Source of the DNA: an uncultured Gammaproteobacteria bacterium
Lineage (GTDB): Bacteria; Patescibacteriota; Microgenomatia; UBA1406; GWC2-37-13
NCBI GenBank assembly: GCA_964576365.1
Contig: CAZNUT010000001.1
Location: 1 to 56,001, forward strand
DNA: 56,001 nucleotides
Direction of reading: 5' to 3'
Under the pieces are notes generated by a model, which was not told the DNA's origin, made no database searches, and was given only the letters and a program-made list of their open reading frames with translations. A program made the position numbers and the translations under genes. Shown in pieces: positions 43,824 through 53,148 of the stretch; the first letter of the stretch is position 1, and every line of letters begins with the position of its first letter.

Positions 43824-45347
43824 CTAAAACTGAAAATAAATAAATGATACCCCTCCTGACTGAAGTGTGAAGGCAAGCGATATCAAAAAAAGCAATACAG
43901 TTGCAAAGACCCAAACAAGTCGTTGAGGCACCTGTTCAAGCATATCTTCCCGAAAAAACAAAATAACCAACATACCTATCAACCCGGTGATCGATGCACT
44001 ATACCACTCTTTATGATGAGTAAGAGCGGATATATCCGCCATGTTTATTTTTGTCAAACGATTCATCACCAGCCACATATCCTGCCAATCATGAAACACA
44101 AAGCCAAGCCATGCAAAACTGACCATCATAAAAACTAGGATACATTTACTTGACACAATTATCTTTTTTAATACATATATACACAGCAGACGTAACCATA
44201 AAGGAAAAATTTGACGAACTTGATAAACTCTGTTTACTATTGACTGTCGTCTATTTACTAACTGACCGAACCGCTGACCAGTTGAACCACTAAGCTGCTG
44301 AATCACATCTCCTCCTATCTGATACACCCCATGTATTCCTCCCCAGAATACAAAGTTCCAACTCGCACCATGCCACAGACCACCAATCAACATCGTAATC
44401 ATAATGTTTCTGTACATTCTCAAGGACCCATTTCTATTTCCACCAAGAGGTATGTATACATAATCTCGCAACCATCTTGAAAGAGTTATGTTCCAACTTC
44501 TCCAGAAGCCGCGAATATTTTCGGATCGATACGGTGCGCTAAAATTATGAGGAAAATGAAAACCCAAAAGTCTGGCCAGTCCTATAGCCATCAAGGAATA
44601 ACCAGAAAAATCAAAATAAATTCGCAATGAAAATGTAAACATCAACAGCCAGGCTTCAAGACCTGAAATAGAATGTATGTCTGATTTTAAAATCTGCTCA
44701 AACGGAAACAAGGTATCTGCCAGCATTACTTTAAACGCAAGTCCTACACTAACAAATACCATTCCTTCAAACAATGAAGAAACGTCTATCAGTCTTTTTG
44801 ATAAATCTTTACTGATATCGGAGTATCGTACAATAGGCCCGGCAATAAGATGGGGAAATAAGGAAGCATAAGTAGCATACTTAACAATATCCATTTCTGG
44901 TTTTATGTTATTTCTATATATATCTACTATGTAAGAAATGCGTTGAAAGGTGATAAACGAAATACCAACTGGTATGATAAGATCACTTTGATGAATGTTG
45001 AAAAATGAACCAAAAAAAGGGATAACAGGTAACATTGAACCAATAAAAATTCCATATTTGAAATAAACTAAAAAGGAAAGAATTGTCACAATGCCCACAA
45101 AGAGCAAAAATCGTTTTACCCGGATATCTTTACTTTTAAAAATATAAAAAGCAAAGATATAATCTAGTACAAGAGTAACAAGAAAAAAAATGACATTTCC
45201 TACTGAAAATGTACTGTAAAAAAATAGGCTCGTGGCAATGAGAAATAGATTTGCCAAACGAATGAATGCAAATCGGTACAAAAAAAAATGTAATAAAAAA
45301 ACAGCTGGAAAAAAATAGAGGAGAAAAAAGTGATCAGTAAAGAGCAT
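43824..45347 (-). CDS. MBOAT-family membrane O-acyltransferase (AlgI/PatA/DltB-like)
   Basis: ISFITFQRISYIVDIYRN, FWRSWNITLSRWLRDYVYIPLGGNR, LIGGLWHGASWNFVFWG (catalytic His). Confidence 0.9.
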   Translation of the reverse strand: MLFTDHFFLLYFFPAVFLLHFFLYRFAFIRLANLFLIATSLFFYSTFSVGNVIFFLVTLVLDYIFAFYIFKSKDIRVKRFLLFVGIVTILSFLVYFKYGIFIGSMLPVIPFFGSFFNIHQSDLIIPVGISFITFQRISYIVDIYRNNIKPEMDIVKYATYASLFPHLIAGPIVRYSDISKDLSKRLIDVSSLFEGMVFVSVGLAFKVMLADTLFPFEQILKSDIHSISGLEAWLLMFTFSLRIYFDFSGYSLMAIGLARLLGFHFPHNFSAPYRSENIRGFWRSWNITLSRWLRDYVYIPLGGNRNGSLRMYRNIMITMLIGGLWHGASWNFVFWGGIHGVYQIGGDVIQQLSGSTGQRFGQLVNRRQSIVNRVYQVRQIFPLWLRLLCIYVLKKIIVSSKCILVFMMVSFAWLGFVFHDWQDMWLVMNRLTKINMADISALTHHKEWYSASITGLIGMLVILFFREDMLEQVPQRLVWVFATVLLFLISLAFTLQSGGVSFIYFQF

Positions 45348-45377
45348 AGAGTCCTAACAGTATACTGCAAACAATAT

Positions 45378-46529
45378 ATGCATACAGCCATTAACATAGC
45401 ACGTCAGATGATAGGAAGCGTACAAAAAAAACAGGTGACGCTGATAAACCTCACTGACGAAAACTCATTTCTTAAAAATAAATCCACCCAGATAAAAATG
45501 AGTAGTGCGCTTGTCCAGGCATGCGATCATCCAACAGATGTAATATACGGCATTGACCTATTACACAATCAATCAAAAAAAATATTCGCGCTGCTTAAAA
45601 AACACCTCAAACCAAATACCATTGTCGTTTCTATTCAAAAAACACATGTACATAAAAAAGAGATTGATCTGATCAAAACTTACTTCACAAATGTAGTCGT
45701 GACATACTGCAACCTCTTGCCTGATAAATTACGAAGTATCGAAAAGTGCATTTTTTTCCTATTTCCTTGGGTCAAAAAATTCAGCAGATTTCAAATCGTT
45801 CGTGTTCAGCAACATGCTCCAAATTTTAATTCAGACCGGAAACAAATACATAAAACAGATGTTCGTGTGTTTGATAAAGACTATTTTACTGAGTATTACG
45901 AACCCATGACAGGAGCATTTTCTGCTGTTGACCTCCAACGCAATAAAAACTGGTTTTACGGCTGGTTTCAAAAACTGAATGATTTTTTTCCTTTTAAAAA
46001 GGGAAAAGGCGAAAAAATTTTAGAAATAGGTTGTTCCATAGGCGCTGCAGCAGATATACTCTCAAAACGCGGTTTTGAAGTGACTGCAACAGATATTTCA
46101 CATTTTGCGGTTGAAAATGCAAAAAAGCTCCTACCCCATATTAATTTTGAAATACTTGATATCGATGCAAAACCTGTAAAACAAAATTATTATGATCTGA
46201 TTTACGCATTTGAAGTTATTGAACATCTTGAAAACCCGCGACGCTGCTTGAGCCATATGTACACTATGTTAAAACCAGGCGGCAAGCTTATCTGTTCAAC
46301 GCCTTATCCGTACCCCTATGTCTATTTTGATGAAACACATATCAGCGTCAAATATCCAGACGAATGGATAAAATTATTTAAAGGGTGCGGATTTAAACAG
46401 GTTAAATATAAACAAATAGGATTTATTCCATTTTTTTACCGTTTTTCAAAATATCTTCATATCACTCTTCCTTTTGGCTTAGATACAAAATATATCAATT
46501 CACCTGTTTTTCTTTATGGTGAAAAATGA
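45378..46529 (+). CDS. class I SAM-dependent methyltransferase with ~200-aa N-terminal domain of unknown function
   Basis: ILEIGCSIGAAADIL...DLIYAFEVIEHL. The track ORF starts at a GTG at 45330 inside the divergent MBOAT gene; the ATG at 45378 is preferred. Confidence 0.75.
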   Translation: MHTAINIARQMIGSVQKKQVTLINLTDENSFLKNKSTQIKMSSALVQACDHPTDVIYGIDLLHNQSKKIFALLKKHLKPNTIVVSIQKTHVHKKEIDLIKTYFTNVVVTYCNLLPDKLRSIEKCIFFLFPWVKKFSRFQIVRVQQHAPNFNSDRKQIHKTDVRVFDKDYFTEYYEPMTGAFSAVDLQRNKNWFYGWFQKLNDFFPFKKGKGEKILEIGCSIGAAADILSKRGFEVTATDISHFAVENAKKLLPHINFEILDIDAKPVKQNYYDLIYAFEVIEHLENPRRCLSHMYTMLKPGGKLICSTPYPYPYVYFDETHISVKYPDEWIKLFKGCGFKQVKYKQIGFIPFFYRFSKYLHITLPFGLDTKYINSPVFLYGEK

Positions 46530-49500
46530 TCAAAAAAAGAGAAAAATTATTGATACTCTCATCATTGCACTTGTCAGCCTTATTCCCTTTATATGGGTTG
46601 CGGGGGGTTATGTCATCCTCGGTCATGATGCCGGAAAACCGATTGATCCGACCATGCACTTTTTGGATCGACTCAGTACATGGACTCACCGATATGGCAT
46701 AGGTGCAGATCAGACATTTGCCATGGCTGGCTTTTTTATACATGGATTTGAATATCTTCTTGACCGTACAGGTCTTTCCCTCTCTATACAGCAGGGGATA
46801 GAGTATATGACCTACTTCTTTGGCATGGGCTATGCCATGTATATTTTTACTCGCAAACTCTTCCCTGAGCATCCTTTTACCGCTCTTGCCTCGGCTTTGT
46901 TATATCAAATAAACCACTTTGTTTTGCAGGCATGGTTTATCGTTGAACGAACAAAATTTACCCTCTATATCGCATTACCCATCATCATGCTGCAGATCAT
47001 CGATCTATCAGATTTTAAAAAATCAGTGTCTAAAAGCTCCCTGATAACCGCACTCACTCTCTTTTTCCTCAACGGAGGAGGCTTTCTACCGCTATACGGC
47101 TCGCTCATTCTGATCGTTCCGGTATTTATGCTCACACAGCTTCGTGACTCGTCTGAAAAAAAACAACTTTTAACCCGTTATATAAAATACACAGCATTGA
47201 CAGGAGGTATCTCAGTGCTTTTGCAAAGCTACTGGCTCCTTCCGTATATGTTTTATATTTCGCGTGAATTTGGTGCGGAATTGACAAAATATGGAGGAGG
47301 ATCGGTTGAGTTATGGATCGCTTCAATAAGCCAATATGCGTCTTTTATGAACATGCTGCGACTGCAGGGCATACAAGAATGGTATGTGAATTCTCAGCAC
47401 CCATATGCGGCTATTTATTTGCAAAATGCTGGAATGATTTTCATATCCTATCTGCTACCTCTTGCTGCGTTTGGATCGATCGCTATCGCAGTCGGCAAGG
47501 ATCGGCGGATTTTATTGTCGTTTGCGCTTCTTGCTTTGATATCACTGCTTTTTATGGGAGGATCACATCCGCCCTTGGGGGGATTTTATATATTTCTGAT
47601 CAAATACGTGCCTGGCTTTATCGCGTTTCGTACACCATTTTACAAATTTGCGCCAGGCTTGTGGTTTGCATATGCCGTCCTGATAGGCTATACACTAAAC
47701 TATCTCGCAACCCGCAAATACATTCGCGCACCAAAACTTATTACCTCCATCTGTATTTGTCTTTTGATACTGGGCTATTCATTTCCACTTACAGGTATGC
47801 ATTTTTTTACATATGGAAAGAACCGGACAAATCGCATCCAAATACCCTCATACATATTCGCCTACAACAAATGGGCAAAAAGTAGAGAAAATACCTTTAA
47901 CCGTCTGCTCATTTTGCCACCGCACCCTGCCGGATCACTCGCCTCAGATCTAAAATGGGGGTACTGGAGTCTTGCACCTATCAACTCACTCCTTGATCCA
48001 GGCTCATACATAGATCAAAACCTCACTCTCACTCCAGACGAAGCTGACCTGGTAAACAATCTCTATGCTCAAATTGCATCCGATGATTCATCATGGAAAA
48101 AAACTGCAGAAAAACTCAGTATAGATGGTGTTTTATTGCAAAAGGATGCAAACGTACCGGACAATGACAAAGACTACATGTCTCCTCAGAGAGTGAATAC
48201 CTTTTTGAAGAAAAATGCTCTTGAAAAACCAATCGTATTTGGTGAGTGGGAAGTACACCGCATATCACAAACTGCTTCACCAATAAAAAGTGCAACGGGT
48301 TATTATTACATCATTAACGATCGTCCAGATCAACCCTACCACATTCTGAAGCGTCTTGCCCAGCAGCAACAACCCTCATCTATCTTGCTTAAAAAAGATA
48401 TCTCCCATGCTTCTTACTTAAAAATCGCCGACATACTATTTCCGGAATGTGTGAACTGTCTTCTTTCTGAACAGTTTATCGGCCCACAGGATCATCAGAT
48501 GACCAACCTGCCTGGATCCCGTTTTTATTTTTTAAAAAAATGGTGGGAGTCGTATCAACTGAATCATAGTGCAAACACTGCGGAAAAAATACAACTGCTT
48601 GCTTTCCAAAGCACGAAACGCTTGTATGAATATGACAATATGTTTGTCTTTAATCTGCCTGTACATAAAAAACAATATACGCTCGAACTATATGCTGACA
48701 CGCTGGAACAACTTACACAGCAAATTCAAAAATGGAACCCTAAAGAAATAAAATCTCCCGAAAAAAAATTGATAGTCGATGTATACAACACCCTTGGCAT
48801 TCAACATTCATCTCTCAAAAATTACATCGAAAATGATTATGATCCATCGCTTACCGACAATCTTTCTGGCATCGATAAAAGAATTGCCAATCTCAGTAAT
48901 CTTCTTGCTCAAAAATATCATTTCACTGTAGACCAAAAACACAAACAGTTCATTTTAAATTATTCTACGCCTGGCTCATACGAGCTGTATATCTACACAC
49001 CTTCAGTAAGTGTGAATACGCAAGCTAAATCTCAGATAATAATCACAAAAAGTTCAAATTCAAGCATAATTGATATCGACCGCACAACCTTGTGGCAACG
49101 TGCCGGTACACTGCAGTTATCAACCAACGACTCACGGCTTGAAATAGAAGAAAAACAGGACGAAGTAGTGCTCACCGAACAAAGTGCACCAATCACGCAG
49201 GCACTTCACAATAAAGACTTACAAAAAACTCGTATAAATGAAAAAAATCTTGACTCTTCATGTCTTCATTTGCCACTTAACGCCTTATCCGCAGAAAAAT
49301 ACCAACTTGATATTCGCTTTTCAGCCACCCGTGATGTTCGTGTCTGGACATTTCTGATTGACACACCAGCAACAAGTGAAAAAATTCATCGGGATAGTGG
49401 GCAGTATATGCGTCTGAGAAAAGACAAACCACTGGATATTTCTCTTAAGATGGAGATACGCGATCCTACACATTTTGCCTATTTGATTTGTCAATTTGAT

Positions 49501-49923
49501 GAGCAAGTCTTTGTACCGTTGCAATTGGAGTCGCTGACCACAAAAAGAATCACAAACCCGTTGATACAACTGGTAAAACTCAATGATTCATTTAAAAACA
49601 GCAAACCACGTACTGTACGTGTACAGAAACAGTCTTTAACAGAGTACGACTTTACCGTAGGAGCTGGTTCCATACAGTTTATACAACTTGACCAGCGCTA
49701 CAATCCCAACTGGCAATTGGAAGCAAATGGCAAAAGTATATCGCCATTTTTATCTGACGGGTATCAAAATACCTGGATTATCGACGCGTCCGATAAAAAA
49801 GTGCAAAATAAACTCAGATATCTGCCTCAACGTATTTTTTACTATGCAGCAGCGATCTCAATCGTATCATTTTTGATAACAGTATTCATATTAGGTAAAA
49901 AAAACAAACAGAACAATAAATGA
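46516..49923 (+). CDS. 1135-aa GT-C membrane protein, AftD/DUF3367-like
   Basis: The N-terminus ILGHDAGKPIDPTMHFLDRLSTWTHRYGIGADQTFAMAGFF fits the D-x-x-x-x-x-DP..FL.R...W pattern I associate with DUF3367/AftD. Many TM helices, a ~600-aa soluble region and a terminal TM anchor. Confidence 0.6.
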   Translation: MVKNDQKKRKIIDTLIIALVSLIPFIWVAGGYVILGHDAGKPIDPTMHFLDRLSTWTHRYGIGADQTFAMAGFFIHGFEYLLDRTGLSLSIQQGIEYMTYFFGMGYAMYIFTRKLFPEHPFTALASALLYQINHFVLQAWFIVERTKFTLYIALPIIMLQIIDLSDFKKSVSKSSLITALTLFFLNGGGFLPLYGSLILIVPVFMLTQLRDSSEKKQLLTRYIKYTALTGGISVLLQSYWLLPYMFYISREFGAELTKYGGGSVELWIASISQYASFMNMLRLQGIQEWYVNSQHPYAAIYLQNAGMIFISYLLPLAAFGSIAIAVGKDRRILLSFALLALISLLFMGGSHPPLGGFYIFLIKYVPGFIAFRTPFYKFAPGLWFAYAVLIGYTLNYLATRKYIRAPKLITSICICLLILGYSFPLTGMHFFTYGKNRTNRIQIPSYIFAYNKWAKSRENTFNRLLILPPHPAGSLASDLKWGYWSLAPINSLLDPGSYIDQNLTLTPDEADLVNNLYAQIASDDSSWKKTAEKLSIDGVLLQKDANVPDNDKDYMSPQRVNTFLKKNALEKPIVFGEWEVHRISQTASPIKSATGYYYIINDRPDQPYHILKRLAQQQQPSSILLKKDISHASYLKIADILFPECVNCLLSEQFIGPQDHQMTNLPGSRFYFLKKWWESYQLNHSANTAEKIQLLAFQSTKRLYEYDNMFVFNLPVHKKQYTLELYADTLEQLTQQIQKWNPKEIKSPEKKLIVDVYNTLGIQHSSLKNYIENDYDPSLTDNLSGIDKRIANLSNLLAQKYHFTVDQKHKQFILNYSTPGSYELYIYTPSVSVNTQAKSQIIITKSSNSSIIDIDRTTLWQRAGTLQLSTNDSRLEIEEKQDEVVLTEQSAPITQALHNKDLQKTRINEKNLDSSCLHLPLNALSAEKYQLDIRFSATRDVRVWTFLIDTPATSEKIHRDSGQYMRLRKDKPLDISLKMEIRDPTHFAYLICQFDEQVFVPLQLESLTTKRITNPLIQLVKLNDSFKNSKPRTVRVQKQSLTEYDFTVGAGSIQFIQLDQRYNPNWQLEANGKSISPFLSDGYQNTWIIDASDKKVQNKLRYLPQRIFYYAAAISIVSFLITVFILGKKNKQNNK

Positions 49924-50064
49924 TTCTCGCCAAGGCGGGATCAACATGACAAAAAACGTACATGTCAGAGAATTAAACCCGAATAGAGATTAAACACAAA
50001 CAAATAAAATACTATAAAAAGCAAAAATAAAACCACAACACAATAACATTCTTAAAACAAAAAA

Positions 50065-50406
50065 ATGAACATTCGTACCATCCTTAAAAAACTGATGCAA
50101 CTTACCGTCATGGGGCTGAGTCTTGGAATTATCGTATTGTTTCCGTTTATTCATCTCATACCGTACTTAAATATTTATGCACGAGAAGTTCTTTTTATTC
50201 TTGCATGTGTTGACATGCTCCTGTGCTTTGCGTTATTTCAGGTCACGTTCAAACATGTCATCAACACGCTTTCTTTACTTCTTGCAATCATGTACATTCT
50301 GCATATAACACATAGATTGGAAGAAGCAGAATATATTGGTAACATGATATATCTCCTTTTGTGTGTGGGATGCGTGAAAGAATTTATCAAACCAACTGTC
50401 GTATGA
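50065..50406 (+). CDS. small membrane protein (113 aa, 3-4 TM)
   Basis: Hydrophobic ORF translationally coupled (ATGA at 50403-50406) to the ArnT/PMT-like gene. Confidence 0.5.
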   Translation: MNIRTILKKLMQLTVMGLSLGIIVLFPFIHLIPYLNIYAREVLFILACVDMLLCFALFQVTFKHVINTLSLLLAIMYILHITHRLEEAEYIGNMIYLLLCVGCVKEFIKPTVV

Positions 50407-51938
50407 TAAAAAAAATTAATAGTAACTATATTCTATGCTTGATACTGATCGGTTTCGCATCAATACTACGCTTCTGGTCACTGCCAACCTCACCTTTTTG
50501 GATTGATGAATTCAGTACCGCACATGAAGCACATCTATTACAAACATATGGATGGGGGATACTAACTCAAAAAGATTTTTTCTTTGAATTTAATAAACTT
50601 CTTCCAAGCTTTATCACAACACTTGCTTTTGCCATCGGCGGAACAAATGAACTTGCTGCCCGTATCCCGTTTTTAATCATTGGCACTCTGATCCCTCCGG
50701 CCTTATACCTCCTGGCAAAAGAATGGTATGGCCGAACTGTTGCCTGTTGCGCCGGACTATTTGCGGTATTTTCCTACAGTATGATCACCTGGTCACGCCA
50801 GGCACGAGGATACGTGTTGTTACAATTATTGATTCTGCTGCTCTTTTTGAGCTATACCCACATATTGCGTAGTCAAAATAAAAAGCAGTATCTCTTTTTT
50901 ATTGTTATATCACTTGCAGGGATTTTGACGCATCCATTTTTCCTTATTGGGCTCGCAGCTGTTTCATTCCATGCTCTTCTACTTGCCAGAAATCAAATAA
51001 AATACTCATTTGTCATGATCTCAATAGGTATTGCTGGCGTGGCACTCTCGATGACAAGCTTTCTCAATCATCAGCATCTTGACATAAAAACACAGTTTGC
51101 CACACTAGGCATTGTGAATAATCTTTCCTACTATCATTCATACCTTTGGCGTACTCAGACCATCATGACATTCCTGGGCTTGATAGGTATCCTGCTTGCG
51201 TACCCGCGTCACAGGCGCCCAACCTCACTCATGATACTGTATATCGTGCTCCATTTATTTTTTATCTGCTTTTTATTTGGGCCCTTTGTGATACGGTATA
51301 CGTTACCCATTTTACCATTTTTGTTTATAGGCGCCGCCGCAGCGATCACGATAGTTGTGAGATTGGGGATACCTAAAGTAAGCCGCATTATACAAATATT
51401 TTCTATTTTAGCCCTTACTGGTTTTATCATTCTCAACGGAGATACTTTTTCCCCCAAACCAAAACAGTTTTATAGTGTGAACCACGAATTCCGTGAAATT
51501 GCACTCATCAACTACCCTGAGCTGTACGATATTATCAAAAGAAAAACAGATCTCTCTGCACGAAAAACAGCTGTAATTGACACTTGGCCTGACCGGACAG
51601 GATGGTACATCGGATACGATTATCCACACATCATGCTCTTTCGCTGGATTGATGCTGGTTTGATGAAAAAGACTGCATATGTATCCGGCAGCGATGGAAA
51701 AAAATATGTAGTAGGGAGAAAAAATGTACGTTTTGTTCCCGACCTGAAATCGCTAAAAAAAGTCATGCGTGAATATCCAAGTGGCTTTCTCATCATTGAT
51801 GATACATCTCTCCCTCAAGAAGTGCAGGAGTTTGCACAAACAAAGCTCAAAAAAGAATTGTATCTTGATCACTATACATTTGATGACAATCCATACTCCA
51901 TCTGGCCAGTGACTCTCTACAGCTGGGGTGTACAATAA
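50403..51938 (+). CDS. ArnT/PMT-like (GT39/GT83-type) GT-C glycosyltransferase
   Basis: ILRFWSLPTSPFWIDEFSTAHEAHLL (first-loop DE motif), followed by ~11 TM helices and a soluble C-terminus. Confidence 0.8.
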   Translation: MIKKINSNYILCLILIGFASILRFWSLPTSPFWIDEFSTAHEAHLLQTYGWGILTQKDFFFEFNKLLPSFITTLAFAIGGTNELAARIPFLIIGTLIPPALYLLAKEWYGRTVACCAGLFAVFSYSMITWSRQARGYVLLQLLILLLFLSYTHILRSQNKKQYLFFIVISLAGILTHPFFLIGLAAVSFHALLLARNQIKYSFVMISIGIAGVALSMTSFLNHQHLDIKTQFATLGIVNNLSYYHSYLWRTQTIMTFLGLIGILLAYPRHRRPTSLMILYIVLHLFFICFLFGPFVIRYTLPILPFLFIGAAAAITIVVRLGIPKVSRIIQIFSILALTGFIILNGDTFSPKPKQFYSVNHEFREIALINYPELYDIIKRKTDLSARKTAVIDTWPDRTGWYIGYDYPHIMLFRWIDAGLMKKTAYVSGSDGKKYVVGRKNVRFVPDLKSLKKVMREYPSGFLIIDDTSLPQEVQEFAQTKLKKELYLDHYTFDDNPYSIWPVTLYSWGVQ

Positions 51939-51942
51939 AAGG

Positions 51943-53148
51943 ATGATTCGTGCCATCACTCTTCACTCGCTTATTTATATATCAGGCCTTGTGGCAGGCA
52001 AAGGTCTCGGTCTACTCATTTTTATCTTGTTTGCAAGAATGCTTGGACCATCTGCTTTTGGAACATATTTACTTTTTGTGACTTACGTGCAACTTGCCAC
52101 TTTTATCGGGGACTTTGGACTACAGCAATGGTACCAGAAACATACATCTGCACAGCTCGATACACAACTTTTTGCACAAATATTTATTACACGTCTTACT
52201 ACCCTTGCTGTAGCTATTGGTTTACTGTTTTGTTTTTTTGTCCTATACCCTCAATTTGATCCTGTCATCAATGTTTTTCTTCTATTCACTCTGTTTTTTG
52301 AAGCGATGATATCGTTATCCGATGGTTACTACATCGAACATAAAAAAACTTTTTTTCTTTCTCTCAAAAACATCGGGCGCCTGCTCATCATGGGCATATT
52401 GTTTGGTACGATGGTCTTTACCGGCTACATGCTCAATCTAACACAGTCCATCTTTTTATATATGAGCTCTGCAGGAATAACTGCAGCTTGGTATCTTCCC
52501 TGGAACACAGTATCTGTGATAAAAAAAGAGGCAACTAGAACTCCCATTCTATCTATTTTGAAAGGAGCGCTTCCCTATGCAACTCTGATTATCACATCTA
52601 TTGCGTACAGCAAAGGTGATTCAATCGCGATCAAAAGCCTTCTGGGTCATGCAGCACTTGGCATATACGGCACAGCATATCGCTATCTTGAGGCGTTATC
52701 TATTGTGCCTCAAGCTTTATCCCAACTTATATTTCCTCTTTCTGCAAAGCAATCTGGTTTGAAAGGAAAGGATGTGTGGATATTGTGGGTGATTTTTAGC
52801 GGAATCGGTGTAATATGCAGCCTGCTTCTTTATGCGTTTGCTGATATACTTATCGTTTCGCTTATTGGTTCTGAATATGCAGCAGCCGTCCCGATTGTAA
52901 AAATGTTGAGTGTTGTTGTATTGCTTTTTTTCATGAACGCGCCTATAAGTGCAGTCGTACAAAGCTCATCATATATACATGTATTTTTGCCATTTGGCAT
53001 CAGCAATACTGTATTAAATATAGGTCTTAACATATTGCTTTTGCCTGTCTATGGAGTGGTAGCCGCAGCTTGGACAATGGCATTTACGGAACTTACCGGA
53101 TTTTTGCTGAATATTTATTTTATATATCGCATCTATCACCGCCCATGA
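51943..53148 (+). CDS. Wzx-like flippase (MOP superfamily)
   Basis: GKGLGLLIFILFARMLGPSAFGTYLLFVTY. 12-ish TM helices. The ATG at 51943 is preferred over the GTG at 51928. Confidence 0.7.
   Translation: MIRAITLHSLIYISGLVAGKGLGLLIFILFARMLGPSAFGTYLLFVTYVQLATFIGDFGLQQWYQKHTSAQLDTQLFAQIFITRLTTLAVAIGLLFCFFVLYPQFDPVINVFLLFTLFFEAMISLSDGYYIEHKKTFFLSLKNIGRLLIMGILFGTMVFTGYMLNLTQSIFLYMSSAGITAAWYLPWNTVSVIKKEATRTPILSILKGALPYATLIITSIAYSKGDSIAIKSLLGHAALGIYGTAYRYLEALSIVPQALSQLIFPLSAKQSGLKGKDVWILWVIFSGIGVICSLLLYAFADILIVSLIGSEYAAAVPIVKMLSVVVLLFFMNAPISAVVQSSSYIHVFLPFGISNTVLNIGLNILLLPVYGVVAAAWTMAFTELTGFLLNIYFIYRIYHRP

Noticed and set aside
42672-45347. The MBOAT + DltD-like pair interpreted as a dlt (D-alanylation) operon.
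   Set aside because: No DltA ligase or DltC carrier protein ORFs are seen in the window, so generic O-acylation is the more conservative reading.
47313-47885. 190-aa ORF on the + strand inside the AftD-like gene. Similar alternative-frame or antisense ORFs occur at 35599-36132, 10242-10655, 41285-41722, 3182-3547, 13381-13779, 17003-17434 and 29391-29732.
   Set aside because: All are fully embedded in longer ORFs that carry clear family motifs. Their translations are low-complexity or Cys/Arg/His-rich, as expected for shadow frames in AT-rich DNA.
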